Source of the DNA: Rhynchopus sp. YZ270_cl-10
Taxonomy: Eukaryota
DNA length: 64,000 nt
Direction: 5' to 3'
Assembly (NCBI GenBank): GCA_964035575.1
Contig: OZ037834.1
Location: 1,922,001-1,986,000, forward strand
Position numbers and translations under genes: made by a program. Below the pieces are notes generated by a model that was given only the letters and a program-made list of their open reading frames with translations, had not been told where the DNA came from and did not search any database. Of this stretch, positions 32,801 through 41,430 are shown piece after piece. Each line of letters begins with the position of its first letter. Position 1 is the stretch's first letter.

Positions 32801-35800
32801 CTGCCGAGGAGCAGTGCCGCCTTGATGGGATTGCACGGTACACGCGCACGTGGACGGTTGAGGATGCATGCGGGAACTCGCGCTCGGTGGACCAGGTCGT
32901 GATCCTGCAGCACCCGACGTCGGATCTGACAACGACGGATGTGTGGAACCCTGCGAACGCGCTGTTTGCGCACTCGACGGGTGTGGCGCAGGCGGCAGAC
33001 GCCTGCAACCCGGGCAAGGTCGTGACTGGGGGACAAAAGAACTTTATCCCTATCCACCACGGTGACCCCACAACAGACGATGTGTGTGGCACTGGGACAT
33101 GGGACGAGGCTGGCTGCCGCAGGCTCTCGGATGTGGCTGTCAACTACGTGACACACGTGCAACCCGTCCCGCCACGGTACGAGACCTTCCCTGACGACAT
33201 CACGATCAACACAGACTCGTCTGTGCAGCCGAATGTGACCGGGTGGCCTGCCGTTGTCGCCTTCTGTGGAACGCCGTACACGCTTGTGCACAGCGACGCT
33301 GCGCCGGTGCTGCAGGAGTGCGGGGTGTGGACGATTGAGCGGACGTGGAAGTTGCAGCCGTACTTCCCCGACTGCGGGGATGAGTTTGCTGTGTACCACG
33401 CGTCGCTGACCACGAGCAAGGTGCAGGTGATCACTGTGCGTGACGAGCGTGCACCGGACTACACCAGCACCCCTGACGCAGCTGTTGAGATCCCGTTCTT
33501 TGGGAACTGGCGTGCCGCAAACTCGATGCCCCTCACGGACGAGGTTGCCCACGAGGAAATGCTGGCACTTGGTCTTGTGTCGTACCCAACAACAACGGTG
33601 TCTGTGGATGGGCCTCTGGTGGCAGCACCCACAGGTGCGGCAGACGAGGCGACGTGCCGCACACGCGGACTTGCGTCATTCACGCGCACGTGGACGGCAA
33701 CAGACAGGTGTGGAAACAGCAGAGTGTTTGCGCAGGACATCATGGTGCAACACCCGCCGACAGCACTGACGGCCACACAGCACTGGACGAAGGCACTCGG
33801 GGAGTTCTCGTACGCCCCGGGTGTGGAGCAGCTTGCTGATGACTGTCACGCAGGAAAGTCCATTGTGGGGAACACGCAGCACTTCAACCCGATTGACACC
33901 TCGCCAACGAACCCGAGTGCCTGTGTGGCACCCGAGTGGGACGAGAACGCGTGCAGGCGGGCACCGGTGGAGCACACGCTGTTGCTGCACTCTGTGGCGC
34001 CGACGTTTGCGAGCTTCCCTGCCGACATCACGATTGACACAGACCACTCACTTAACCCCGAGGACGAGCTGGGTGTGCCGGTCGGACACGCCTTCTGTGG
34101 GACACCGTTCACGATCCGCTTTGACGATGCTGCGCCTGTGATGGGTGAGTGTGGTGTGTGGACGATTGAGCGGACGTGGAAGATCCAGCCACACTACCTT
34201 GACTGTGGAGCTGACCTTGCTGTGTACCACGCGTCGCTGACGACCCGCCAGGTGCAGGTGATCACTGTGCGTGACGTGCGTGCACCGGACTGGATGTACC
34301 GGCCGGAGGAGGTGCTGATGATCCCGTTCTTCCAGAACAACAAGGCAGAGAGCTCGATTCCGACAACGCGGGAGACAGCGCACCCGGACATACTGGCGCT
34401 TGGTCTTGTGTCGTACCCGACAACCTTCGGTGCTGTGGACGGGGAGTTGGTGTACTCGAGCACGGATGTGGCGGACGAGGCAACATGCAGGGCGAGTGGG
34501 ATTGTGCGGATGGCGCGCACGTGGACGGTGACGGACAGGTGCGGGAACGCGCGTGTGTGGGAGCAGACTGTGGTTGTCGAGCACCCGCCGGCCGAGCTGA
34601 CGGAGGCTGAGAAGTGGGTGCGTGACCAGCGCCAGTTCTTCTACGCGCACGCAGTGGAGCAGGTGAGCACATGCGAGGTGGATGCACCGTGCCTGTCAGG
34701 GAAGGTGATCAAGGCAGGGAGCCGCGGGTTCATCCCGACAGACACACTTCCGGTGATGACGGACATGTGCGGTGCGGACCCGTGGCTGGAGAATGGGTGC
34801 CGGAAGCTGCTGGAGACGGTGCACACGATTGAGCACGTGGCGTCTGTGCCGCCGTCGTTCGAGACGTTCCCTGCAGACATCACGATTGACACGGACCATC
34901 CGCTTGCTCCCGAGCTGGGGGTGGGTGTGCCTGTGGTGCACTCGTTCTGTGGGACGCCGTACACAATGCGCCACGACGACGCGGCTCCTGTGGCGCAAGG
35001 CTGCGGGAAGTGGACGATTGAGCGGACGTGGAAGATCCAGCCGCACTACCTCGACTGTGGGGGCGACGCTGCTGCGTACGAGGAGCGTCTGACGACACGT
35101 CGGGTGCAGGTCATCACGATTGAGGACGTGCGTGCGCCGGAGTGGACGTACACGCCGGATGCAGACGTGGAAGTGCCGTTCTTCGGGAACTACCAGGCAG
35201 TGAACTCTGTGCCGCTGACGGAGGAGCGTGCCCACGCTGACATGGTGGCGCTGGGGATGGGGCTGGCGCACCCGACAACATTGACATCTGCAGACGGCGC
35301 GCTTGTGTTTTCGAGCACAGAAGCAGCAAACGAGGCGACGTGCCGTGCGGACGGTATTGCACACTTCACACGCACTTGGACTGCAAAGGATGCGTGCGGA
35401 AACGCACGGAACTTTGCACAGAAGGTGACAGTGCAGCACCCACCGGCAGAGCTGAGCAGTGTGCAGCCGTGGGTTGCCGGGAACCGCCTGTTCTCCTTCG
35501 CGCCGGGTGTGACGCAGGCGACTGACGCGTGTCACCCGGGGAAGACTGTGACAGGGGGTGTGAAGAACTACGCGGTGCTCTCGCTCTTCGGGCCTGCTGG
35601 TCAGCTGGGGCACGCATGCGGGGCCGGATCGGACTGGGATGCGGTCGGGTGCCGCCGCCTTGCGGACCTTGCTGTTGACTACGTAACGCACGTCCCCTCC
35701 GTTCCGCCGACGTTTGCGAGCTTCCCTGCCGACATCACGATTGACACAGACCACTCACTTAACCCCGAGGACGAGCTGGGTGTGCCGGTCGGACACGCCT

Positions 35801-38800
35801 TCTGTGGGACACCGTTCACGATCCGCTTTGACGATGCTGCGCCTGTGATGGGTGAGTGTGGTGTGTGGACAATTGAGCGGACGTGGAAGATCCAGCCGCA
35901 CTACCTTGACTGTGGAGGTGACCTTGCTGTGTACCATGAGTCGCTGACGACCCGCCAGGTGCAGGTGATCACTGTGCGTGACGAGCGTGCACCGGACTAC
36001 ACCAGCACCCCTGACGCAGCTGTTGAGATCCCGTTCTTTGGAAGCTGGCGTGATGCAAACTCGATGCCCCTCACGGACGAGGTTGCCCACGCTGACATGC
36101 TGGCACTTGGTCTTGTGTCGTACCCAACAACAACGGTGTCTGTGGATGGGCCTCTGGTGGCAGCACCCACAGGTGCGGCAGACGAGGCGACGTGCCGCAC
36201 ACGCGGACTTGCGTCATTCACGCGCACGTGGACGGCAACAGACAGGTGTGGAAACAGCAGAGTGTTTGCGCAGGACATCATGGTGCAACACCCGCCGACA
36301 GCACTGACGGCCACACAGCACTGGACGAAGGCACTCGGGGAGTTCTCGTACGCCCCGGGTGTGGAGCAGCTTGCTGATGACTGTCACGCAGGAAAGTCCA
36401 TTGTGGGGAACACGCAGCACTTCAACCCGATTGACACCTCGCCAACGAACCCGAGTGCCTGTGTGGCACCCGAGTGGGACGAGAACGCGTGCAGGCGGGC
36501 ACCGGTGGAGCACACGCTGTTGCTGCACTCTGTGGCGCCGACGTTTGCGAGCTTCCCTGCCGACATCACGATTGACACAGACCACTCACTTAACCCCGAG
36601 GACGAGCTGGGTGTGCCGGTCGGACACGCCTTCTGTGGGACACCGTTCACGATCCGCTTTGACGATGCTGCGCCTGTGATGGGTGAGTGTGGTGTGTGGA
36701 CGATTGAGCGGACGTGGAAGATCCAGCCACACTACCTTGACTGTGGAGCTGACCTTGCTGTGTACCACGCGTCGCTGACGACCCGCCAGGTGCAGGTGAT
36801 CACTGTGCGTGACGTGCGTGCACCGGACTGGATGTACCGGCCGGAGGAGGTGCTGATGATCCCGTTCTTCCAGAACAACAAGGCAGAGAGCTCGATTCCG
36901 ACAACGCGGGAGACAGCGCACCCGGACATACTGGCGCTTGGTCTTGTGTCGTACCCGACAACCTTCGGTGCTGTGGACGGGGAGTTGGTGTACTCGAGCA
37001 CGGATGTGGCGGACGAGGCAACATGCAGGGCGAGTGGGATTGTGCGGATGGCGCGCACGTGGACGGTGACGGACAGGTGCGGGAACGCGCGTGTGTGGGA
37101 GCAGACTGTGGTTGTCGAGCACCCGCCGGCCGAGCTGACGGAGGCTGAGAAGTGGGTGCGTGACCAGCGCCAGTTCTTCTACGCGCACGCAGTGGAGCAG
37201 GTGAGCACATGCGAGGTGGATGCACCGTGCCTGTCAGGGAAGGTGATCAAGGCAGGGAGCCGCGGGTTCATCCCGACAGACACACTTCCGGTGATGACGG
37301 ACATGTGCGGTGCGGACCCGTGGCTGGAGAATGGGTGCCGGAAGCTGCTGGAGACGGTGCACACGATTGAGCACGTGGCGTCTGTGCCGCCGTCGTTCGA
37401 GACGTTCCCTGCAGACATCACGATTGACACGGACCATCCGCTTGCTCCCGAGCTGGGGGTGGGTGTGCCTGTGGTGCACTCGTTCTGTGGGACGCCGTAC
37501 ACAATGCGCCACGACGACGCGGCTCCTGTGGCGCAAGGCTGCGGGAAGTGGACGATTGAGCGGACGTGGAAGATCCAGCCGCACTACCTCGACTGTGGGG
37601 GCGACGCTGCTGCGTACGAGGAGCGTCTGACGACACGTCGGGTGCAGGTCATCACGATTGAGGACGTGCGTGCGCCGGAGTGGACGTACACGCCGGATGC
37701 AGACGTGGAAGTGCCGTTCTTCGGGAACTACCAGGCAGTGAACTCTGTGCCGCTGACGGAGGAGCGTGCCCACGCTGACATGGTGGCGCTGGGGATGGGG
37801 CTGGCGCACCCGACAACATTGACATCTGCAGACGGCGCGCTTGTGTTTTCGAGCACAGAAGCAGCAAACGAGGCGACGTGCCGTGCGGACGGTATTGCAC
37901 ACTTCACACGCACTTGGACTGCAAAGGATGCGTGCGGAAACGCACGGAACTTTGCACAGAAGGTGACAGTGCAGCACCCACCGGCAGAGCTGAGCAGTGT
38001 GCAGCCGTGGGTTGCCGGGAACCGCCTGTTCTCCTTCGCGCCGGGTGTGACGCAGGCGACTGACGCGTGTCACCCGGGGAAGACTGTGACAGGGGGTGTG
38101 AAGAACTACGCGGTGCTCTCGCTCTTCGGGCCTGCTGGTCAGCTGGGGCACGCATGCGGGGCCGGATCGGACTGGGATGCGGTCGGGTGCCGCCGCCTTG
38201 CGGACCTTGCTGTTGACTACGTAACGCACGTCCCCTCCGTTCCGCCGACGTTTGCGAGCTTCCCTGCCGACATCACGATTGACACAGACCACTCACTTAA
38301 CCCCGAGGACGAGCTGGGTGTGCCGGTCGGACACGCCTTCTGTGGGACACCGTTCACGATCCGCTTTGACGATGCTGCGCCTGTGATGGGTGAGTGTGGT
38401 GTGTGGACAATTGAGCGGACGTGGAAGATCCAGCCGCACTACCTTGACTGTGGAGGTGACCTTGCTGTGTACCATGAGTCGCTGACGACCCGCCAGGTGC
38501 AGGTGATCACTGTGCGTGACGAGCGTGCACCGGACTACACCAGCACCCCTGACGCAGCTGTTGAGATCCCGTTCTTTGGAAGCTGGCGTGATGCAAACTC
38601 GATGCCCCTCACGGACGAGGTTGCCCACGCTGACATGCTGGCACTTGGTCTTGTGTCGTACCCAACAACAACGGTGTCTGTGGATGGGCCTCTGGTGGCA
38701 GCACCCACAGGTGCGGCAGACGAGGCGACGTGCCGCACACGCGGACTTGCGTCATTCACGCGCACGTGGACGGCAACAGACAGGTGTGGAAACAGCAGAG

Positions 38801-41430
38801 TGTTTGCGCAGGACATCATGGTGCAACACCCGCCGACAGCACTGACGGCCACACAGCACTGGACGAAGGCACTCGGGGAGTTCTCGTACGCCCCGGGTGT
38901 GGAGCAGCTTGCTGATGACTGTCACGCAGGAAAGTCCATTGTGGGGAACACGCAGCACTTCAACCCGATTGACACCTCGCCAACGAACCCGAGTGCCTGT
39001 GTGGCACCCGAGTGGGACGAGAACGCGTGCAGGCGGGCACCGGTGGAGCACACGCTGTTGCTGCACTCTGTGGCGCCGACGTTTGCGAGCTTCCCTGCCG
39101 ACATCACGATTGACACAGACCACTCACTTAACCCCGAGGACGAGCTGGGTGTGCCGGTCGGACACGCCTTCTGTGGGACACCGTTCACGATCCGCTTTGA
39201 CGATGCTGCGCCTGTGATGGGTGAGTGTGGTGTGTGGACGATTGAGCGGACGTGGAAGATCCAGCCACACTACCTTGACTGTGGAGCTGACCTTGCTGTG
39301 TACCACGCGTCGCTGACGACCCGCCAGGTGCAGGTGATCACTGTGCGTGACGTGCGTGCACCGGACTACACCAGCACCCCTGACGCAGCTGTTGAGATCC
39401 CGTTCTTTGCGAACTGGCGTGATGCTAACTCGATGCCCCTCACGGACGAGGTTGCCCACGCTGACATACTGGCGCTTGGTCTTGTGTCGTACCCAACAAC
39501 AACGGTGTCTGTGGATGGGCCGTTTGTGGAAGCACCCACAGGTGCGGCAGACGAGGCGACGTGCCGCACACGCGGACTTGCGTCATTCACGCGCACGTGG
39601 ACGGCAACAGACAGGTGTGGAAACAGCAGAGTGTTTGAGCAGGACATCATGGTGCAGCACCCGCCGACAGCGCTGACGGCCACGCAAGAGTGGGCAGAGG
39701 CGAAGCGGGAGTTCTCGTACGCCCCGGGTGTGGAGCAGCTTGCGGATGCCTGCCACGCAGGGAAACACGTGGTGACGGGAACGAAGGCGTTTGCTGCGAT
39801 CGACTCATCGGCCACTGCGAAGAACGTGTGTGCTGCAAACGTGTGGGATGCTGACGGGTGCAGGCGCCAGCTTCCAGACGTGGCTGTTGTGACGGACAGG
39901 AACCTGCACTCGATTGCACCCGTGTTTGCGTCGTTCCCGGCAGCCGTGGACGTGACGACGACGAGCACACTGAACCCGTACGACGTTGCGGGTGTACCTG
40001 GGCTGGGCTTCCCTGTTGGGGAGGCGTTCTGTGGGACGCCCTTCACGATCCGTTACGACGACGCGGAGCCGGTGCTGCAGGAGTGCGGTGTGTGGACAAT
40101 TGAGCGGACGTGGAAGATCCAGCCGCACTACCTTGACTGTGGAGGTGACCTTGCTGTGTACCACGCGTCGCTGACAACCCGCCAGGTGCAGGTGATCACT
40201 GTGCGTGATGTGGACCCACCGACGTTTGTGTCGAAGCCTGCAGACGTCGTGTCTGTGCCGTTCTACACAGCCTACGGGACGGCGGTGACGGGTGTGCCAC
40301 AGGTAGAGGACGTGGCGGTGCACGCAGACATGGCCGGGCTCGACCTTGTTTCGTACAACATCACACTTGAGCACAGCGACGTGCACGTGGTCTTCAACAG
40401 CGGGCCAGAAGGCTGCACGGACGGTGTTGCTGTGGTGACACGCAGATGGACTGCTGCGGACAGGTGTGGGACCACAGCCACTTGGGACCAGACTGTGCGT
40501 GTGATGAACCCCAGTGTGAATGGGGACGGAACCCTGGGTGCTGTGAGCGAGTACGCTGTGTTTGGCAGCGGGAAGTTGAAGATCAAGGACACCTTGGGAA
40601 GCATTGCTGGCAACGTCGGGACGAGCTACAAGGACCTTGATCTGGATCATACCACAGTGCTCGGCTCCGCGCAAGAGGACATGGACAGCGTGTCGCACGA
40701 AATGATGACGTTCTCCGACATGTTGCGCTCACCTCCTGCGAACTGGAGAGAGGGTACTAAGTCGGTGCTGTGCACTGGGCATGGACAGGACAGCTGTGTT
40801 GTGACTTCCGTGACGGAACCGTCCGTGTCGAAGATCACGTACGACAGTGCCAACAGCAACGACATGATTCTTGAGGGTGACGAGCTTGTGTACAACGTGT
40901 TCGCAGATGTGGATGTGAATGACTGGCTGTACGACCCATACCCGGTTGGACACAACACGAAGGCGAAGCACAGCCACAGCAAGAGCCACAGCCTGGGACA
41001 CATCGACGCGGACCACGCGGGTCACATCCACGACTCTGAGCTTGTTGTGCGCGCTGGCGGGTTTGTGATTGTGAACCTGATGTTCGACAGCCCGCACAAC
41101 GACAACGACGTTGTGCACACGCACAAGGACCACTCGCACTTCACCGCTGTGCGCAAGGCTGTGTTTGACCAGGCGTACCCTGCCGGAAAGCAGTTCCTGA
41201 TGTACAACGTGAACAACAACGAGGCGTCGACGTCTGGGAGCAGGATTGTGAGGGTGCGTGAGGGTGAGCTGGTTGGGTCGCTGCTTGTTGCGGACTACAC
41301 CCACAAGGTGGACATCCGTGAGATTACGGTGACTGGGCAGGTCATCACGGACAGCAAGGAGAGCACCTTCCGCGACTGCACCTTTGACTGGAGTGTGTTT
41401 GCTGCAAGCACCATTTGTCCTGCGGTCTAG
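26824..41430 (+). CDS. Giant secreted modular protein, copy 1 (4868 aa): Cys-rich repeats, PT linker, beta-rich region, 10 double-HYR-like units, C-terminal choice-of-anchor-A/ice-binding-like domain
   Basis: Uninterrupted 14.6-kb ORF with GC-rich third positions. Signal peptide MVGHRGLLPLPLLLFAVGVSA; CxxDxxC repeats; RTWTxxDxCGN repeats. Start chosen to match copies 2 and 3. Confidence 0.92.
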   Translation: MVGHRGLLPLPLLLFAVGVSAQTETTGEPLTLNVLGANLEEHLDEFRGTVVNSVLSLGEEHLNKLGVADAFEEAFRDDSVMGNLKTKMETGLEDMMSFFEGGTAFDGIELLTDQFEPALDMMTGVCDQTTGTARREAAYLQARETYLEKKKQGGGNNRTAGALNAFSAPLIVGSLNAALPAWEVQMSTNWKAGLQFGGGVALGVDFGNLDHHFLGIGVGLGFSISKGQKSCTVDADCKSKVRQSTICEVGKCTRVCSSPADCGQREACDNLRCVVECDAHTDCTGLQKCDIAGTKRCLATTACASDSECNAASEICLDNTRCVPRQCTSDAQCVAGTEFCYNHRCQKSECTDATEAADCKAGEICVTRQCVPAAGQPCVGDGDCGLDAWCNGGLCADNTPQPTAAGCVTPADCPVAGETCLPGGVCGTACASDLDCGLGDVCSPLISGVRRCVLDTSGRRAHVLNTPTEAKKGFWSKVADEVDISIDWFKDAGKFSGFAFVLSISNKYLLDNLHIKDLHVTLAHPHWQCLTEPGIKSAEWWGGVEFGGFGITFDPKPGAGSGAKTAASGSVLANLKAALTNKDKFGEMMRSVGSELLTAILSFDGLGFAEGITLEDSNSGYSLAYDRATSCPPVVPTNAPPTSAPPTSVPLTSSPPTPSPPTPSPPTPAPPTPAPPTPSPPTPAPPTPAPVAGRGAEVLADADARDAAAQSVTTDLIAFMKQATNIVTKGEIIMPFCAGNCGPTNTSIDSIIGVGRVGPPATCNGVEASVSVDTLTIGSIAHLATSGEIAGVSGALKDIMTPVLEMGIQNTELSFSVTTTGIKLAAIGSVLLPNTDSGFVTVLKDMAEDIRLGASAGLTWEGELKLELRVGTDADTDATKNFRVSNALGTFGASTYLRFVYLINGGVPRQELGTTLPLIICVDDCGTATRKDLYFDGDLSMIVTPAAQTVRGKLTAAGWYYEAFKIPFVHIGDMFLGMEWDIKSPLPTGFMLGGAVCLGSSNNCQNKVQPYIEGRAYVGVSASLPEDNFFVVMVTNLTIGGIAELVAQEVPWLVLLTGEGSAAALSVAEAAFEAIGVDVSEVTSTIQGIQNALPPAFKESGLYPYDKNFATNCAAPAADAAQTEINMDCFAYLSFSPLKTQEIVLGTSTLSVPRGIAFAGRLNFIGWEMAAEVAISTSQFYINATMDPVFIRFGSVDFLRIGSHLDGNKQAAGGANFLVDLNILPPRAEINIQGAFDIPLLKSYGAVALVLDSQKLSFHAEINLFDGALASTADVYFPWDFTAFHMSLSDMNFLYGIVKVKRVLFEYDTAVPHPYAIFDAHIDVLFAVSIAAQLKVQGNALSFSLGITVLGVGNTISGTATMDTSNFLNSEFSVSVQSDLNPAAIADAVVGAAKEVGKAAVAVWDTVTGGVTEAWNFVKGAFNQAPLSNVASRIGNFLNDAGAAIANIGQALLDAGLSDIISLGKDFANGDFSALGDAVFDLAGVFGLTGTEGHTEIDAGEGANEYGCRWKKIRYSECFITPEVCIPEVCVGGGCTGGQCTGGGCTGGGCVGCCGVRVCAPRICAPRVCVPRVCVPRVCTPRSCVPEFKTCTTKYGNRFADKACMEEIAAAATEVEGKLGVMKRKEDAIADSHTQNPGLEGLADGTTVPAPSVRNVTLTIPIGATSASGDIESDVEVLSGPCGGAGGMQRSTVGGVNFNMGTLDEYKASIAAAQGSLAASIEGTLLSKQCGLGTTILGEAGKVTYAPPTLTDPTDFSVSCTQSVDLAAGKPLFASVDDACHSGKVVKMVTATPVSPTAYPNRVCGSSYMQVTWKGYDAGICNGETVAKSHVITVLPFDPRFDAFPADVSVTTQDSMAPEATGVPTSFQSVCNQEVDITYTDAPPVLKAGKCGEWTVARTWSVKPYFASCTGTRLPGQTRVQTITVSDVTAPVFTREPPPVVYVPFFENWGAASSIPMSVEVMDTAMEALGLHSYPTTTTSVDTALSYSSTELAAEEQCRLDGIARYTRTWTVEDACGNSRSVDQVVILQHPTSDLTTTDVWNPANALFAHSTGVAQAADACNPGKVVTGGQKNFIPIHHGDPTTDDVCGTGTWDEAGCRRLSDVAVNYVTHVQPVPPRYETFPDDITINTDSSVQPNVTGWPAVVAFCGTPYTLVHSDAAPVLQECGVWTIERTWKLQPYFPDCGDEFAVYHASLTTSKVQVITVRDERAPDYTSTPDAAVEIPFFGNWRAANSMPLTDEVAHEEMLALGLVSYPTTTVSVDGPLVAAPTGAADEATCRTRGLASFTRTWTATDRCGNSRVFAQDIMVQHPPTALTATQHWTKALGEFSYAPGVEQLADDCHAGKSIVGNTQHFNPIDTSPTNPSACVAPEWDENACRRAPVEHTLLLHSVAPTFASFPADITIDTDHSLNPEDELGVPVGHAFCGTPFTIRFDDAAPVMGECGVWTIERTWKIQPHYLDCGADLAVYHASLTTRQVQVITVRDVRAPDWMYRPEEVLMIPFFQNNKAESSIPTTRETAHPDILALGLVSYPTTFGAVDGELVYSSTDVADEATCRASGIVRMARTWTVTDRCGNARVWEQTVVVEHPPAELTEAEKWVRDQRQFFYAHAVEQVSTCEVDAPCLSGKVIKAGSRGFIPTDTLPVMTDMCGADPWLENGCRKLLETVHTIEHVASVPPSFETFPADITIDTDHPLAPELGVGVPVVHSFCGTPYTMRHDDAAPVAQGCGKWTIERTWKIQPHYLDCGGDAAAYEERLTTRRVQVITIEDVRAPEWTYTPDADVEVPFFGNYQAVNSVPLTEERAHADMVALGMGLAHPTTLTSADGALVFSSTEAANEATCRADGIAHFTRTWTAKDACGNARNFAQKVTVQHPPAELSSVQPWVAGNRLFSFAPGVTQATDACHPGKTVTGGVKNYAVLSLFGPAGQLGHACGAGSDWDAVGCRRLADLAVDYVTHVPSVPPTFASFPADITIDTDHSLNPEDELGVPVGHAFCGTPFTIRFDDAAPVMGECGVWTIERTWKIQPHYLDCGGDLAVYHESLTTRQVQVITVRDERAPDYTSTPDAAVEIPFFGSWRDANSMPLTDEVAHADMLALGLVSYPTTTVSVDGPLVAAPTGAADEATCRTRGLASFTRTWTATDRCGNSRVFAQDIMVQHPPTALTATQHWTKALGEFSYAPGVEQLADDCHAGKSIVGNTQHFNPIDTSPTNPSACVAPEWDENACRRAPVEHTLLLHSVAPTFASFPADITIDTDHSLNPEDELGVPVGHAFCGTPFTIRFDDAAPVMGECGVWTIERTWKIQPHYLDCGADLAVYHASLTTRQVQVITVRDVRAPDWMYRPEEVLMIPFFQNNKAESSIPTTRETAHPDILALGLVSYPTTFGAVDGELVYSSTDVADEATCRASGIVRMARTWTVTDRCGNARVWEQTVVVEHPPAELTEAEKWVRDQRQFFYAHAVEQVSTCEVDAPCLSGKVIKAGSRGFIPTDTLPVMTDMCGADPWLENGCRKLLETVHTIEHVASVPPSFETFPADITIDTDHPLAPELGVGVPVVHSFCGTPYTMRHDDAAPVAQGCGKWTIERTWKIQPHYLDCGGDAAAYEERLTTRRVQVITIEDVRAPEWTYTPDADVEVPFFGNYQAVNSVPLTEERAHADMVALGMGLAHPTTLTSADGALVFSSTEAANEATCRADGIAHFTRTWTAKDACGNARNFAQKVTVQHPPAELSSVQPWVAGNRLFSFAPGVTQATDACHPGKTVTGGVKNYAVLSLFGPAGQLGHACGAGSDWDAVGCRRLADLAVDYVTHVPSVPPTFASFPADITIDTDHSLNPEDELGVPVGHAFCGTPFTIRFDDAAPVMGECGVWTIERTWKIQPHYLDCGGDLAVYHESLTTRQVQVITVRDERAPDYTSTPDAAVEIPFFGSWRDANSMPLTDEVAHADMLALGLVSYPTTTVSVDGPLVAAPTGAADEATCRTRGLASFTRTWTATDRCGNSRVFAQDIMVQHPPTALTATQHWTKALGEFSYAPGVEQLADDCHAGKSIVGNTQHFNPIDTSPTNPSACVAPEWDENACRRAPVEHTLLLHSVAPTFASFPADITIDTDHSLNPEDELGVPVGHAFCGTPFTIRFDDAAPVMGECGVWTIERTWKIQPHYLDCGADLAVYHASLTTRQVQVITVRDVRAPDYTSTPDAAVEIPFFANWRDANSMPLTDEVAHADILALGLVSYPTTTVSVDGPFVEAPTGAADEATCRTRGLASFTRTWTATDRCGNSRVFEQDIMVQHPPTALTATQEWAEAKREFSYAPGVEQLADACHAGKHVVTGTKAFAAIDSSATAKNVCAANVWDADGCRRQLPDVAVVTDRNLHSIAPVFASFPAAVDVTTTSTLNPYDVAGVPGLGFPVGEAFCGTPFTIRYDDAEPVLQECGVWTIERTWKIQPHYLDCGGDLAVYHASLTTRQVQVITVRDVDPPTFVSKPADVVSVPFYTAYGTAVTGVPQVEDVAVHADMAGLDLVSYNITLEHSDVHVVFNSGPEGCTDGVAVVTRRWTAADRCGTTATWDQTVRVMNPSVNGDGTLGAVSEYAVFGSGKLKIKDTLGSIAGNVGTSYKDLDLDHTTVLGSAQEDMDSVSHEMMTFSDMLRSPPANWREGTKSVLCTGHGQDSCVVTSVTEPSVSKITYDSANSNDMILEGDELVYNVFADVDVNDWLYDPYPVGHNTKAKHSHSKSHSLGHIDADHAGHIHDSELVVRAGGFVIVNLMFDSPHNDNDVVHTHKDHSHFTAVRKAVFDQAYPAGKQFLMYNVNNNEASTSGSRIVRVREGELVGSLLVADYTHKVDIREITVTGQVITDSKESTFRDCTFDWSVFAASTICPAV
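33560..39367 (+). repeat. Intragenic tandem repeat with a 2538-bp period (about 2.3 copies)
   Basis: Identical ORFs in the track recur at an offset of exactly 2538 (e.g. 33654/36192/38730). Confidence 0.95.
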
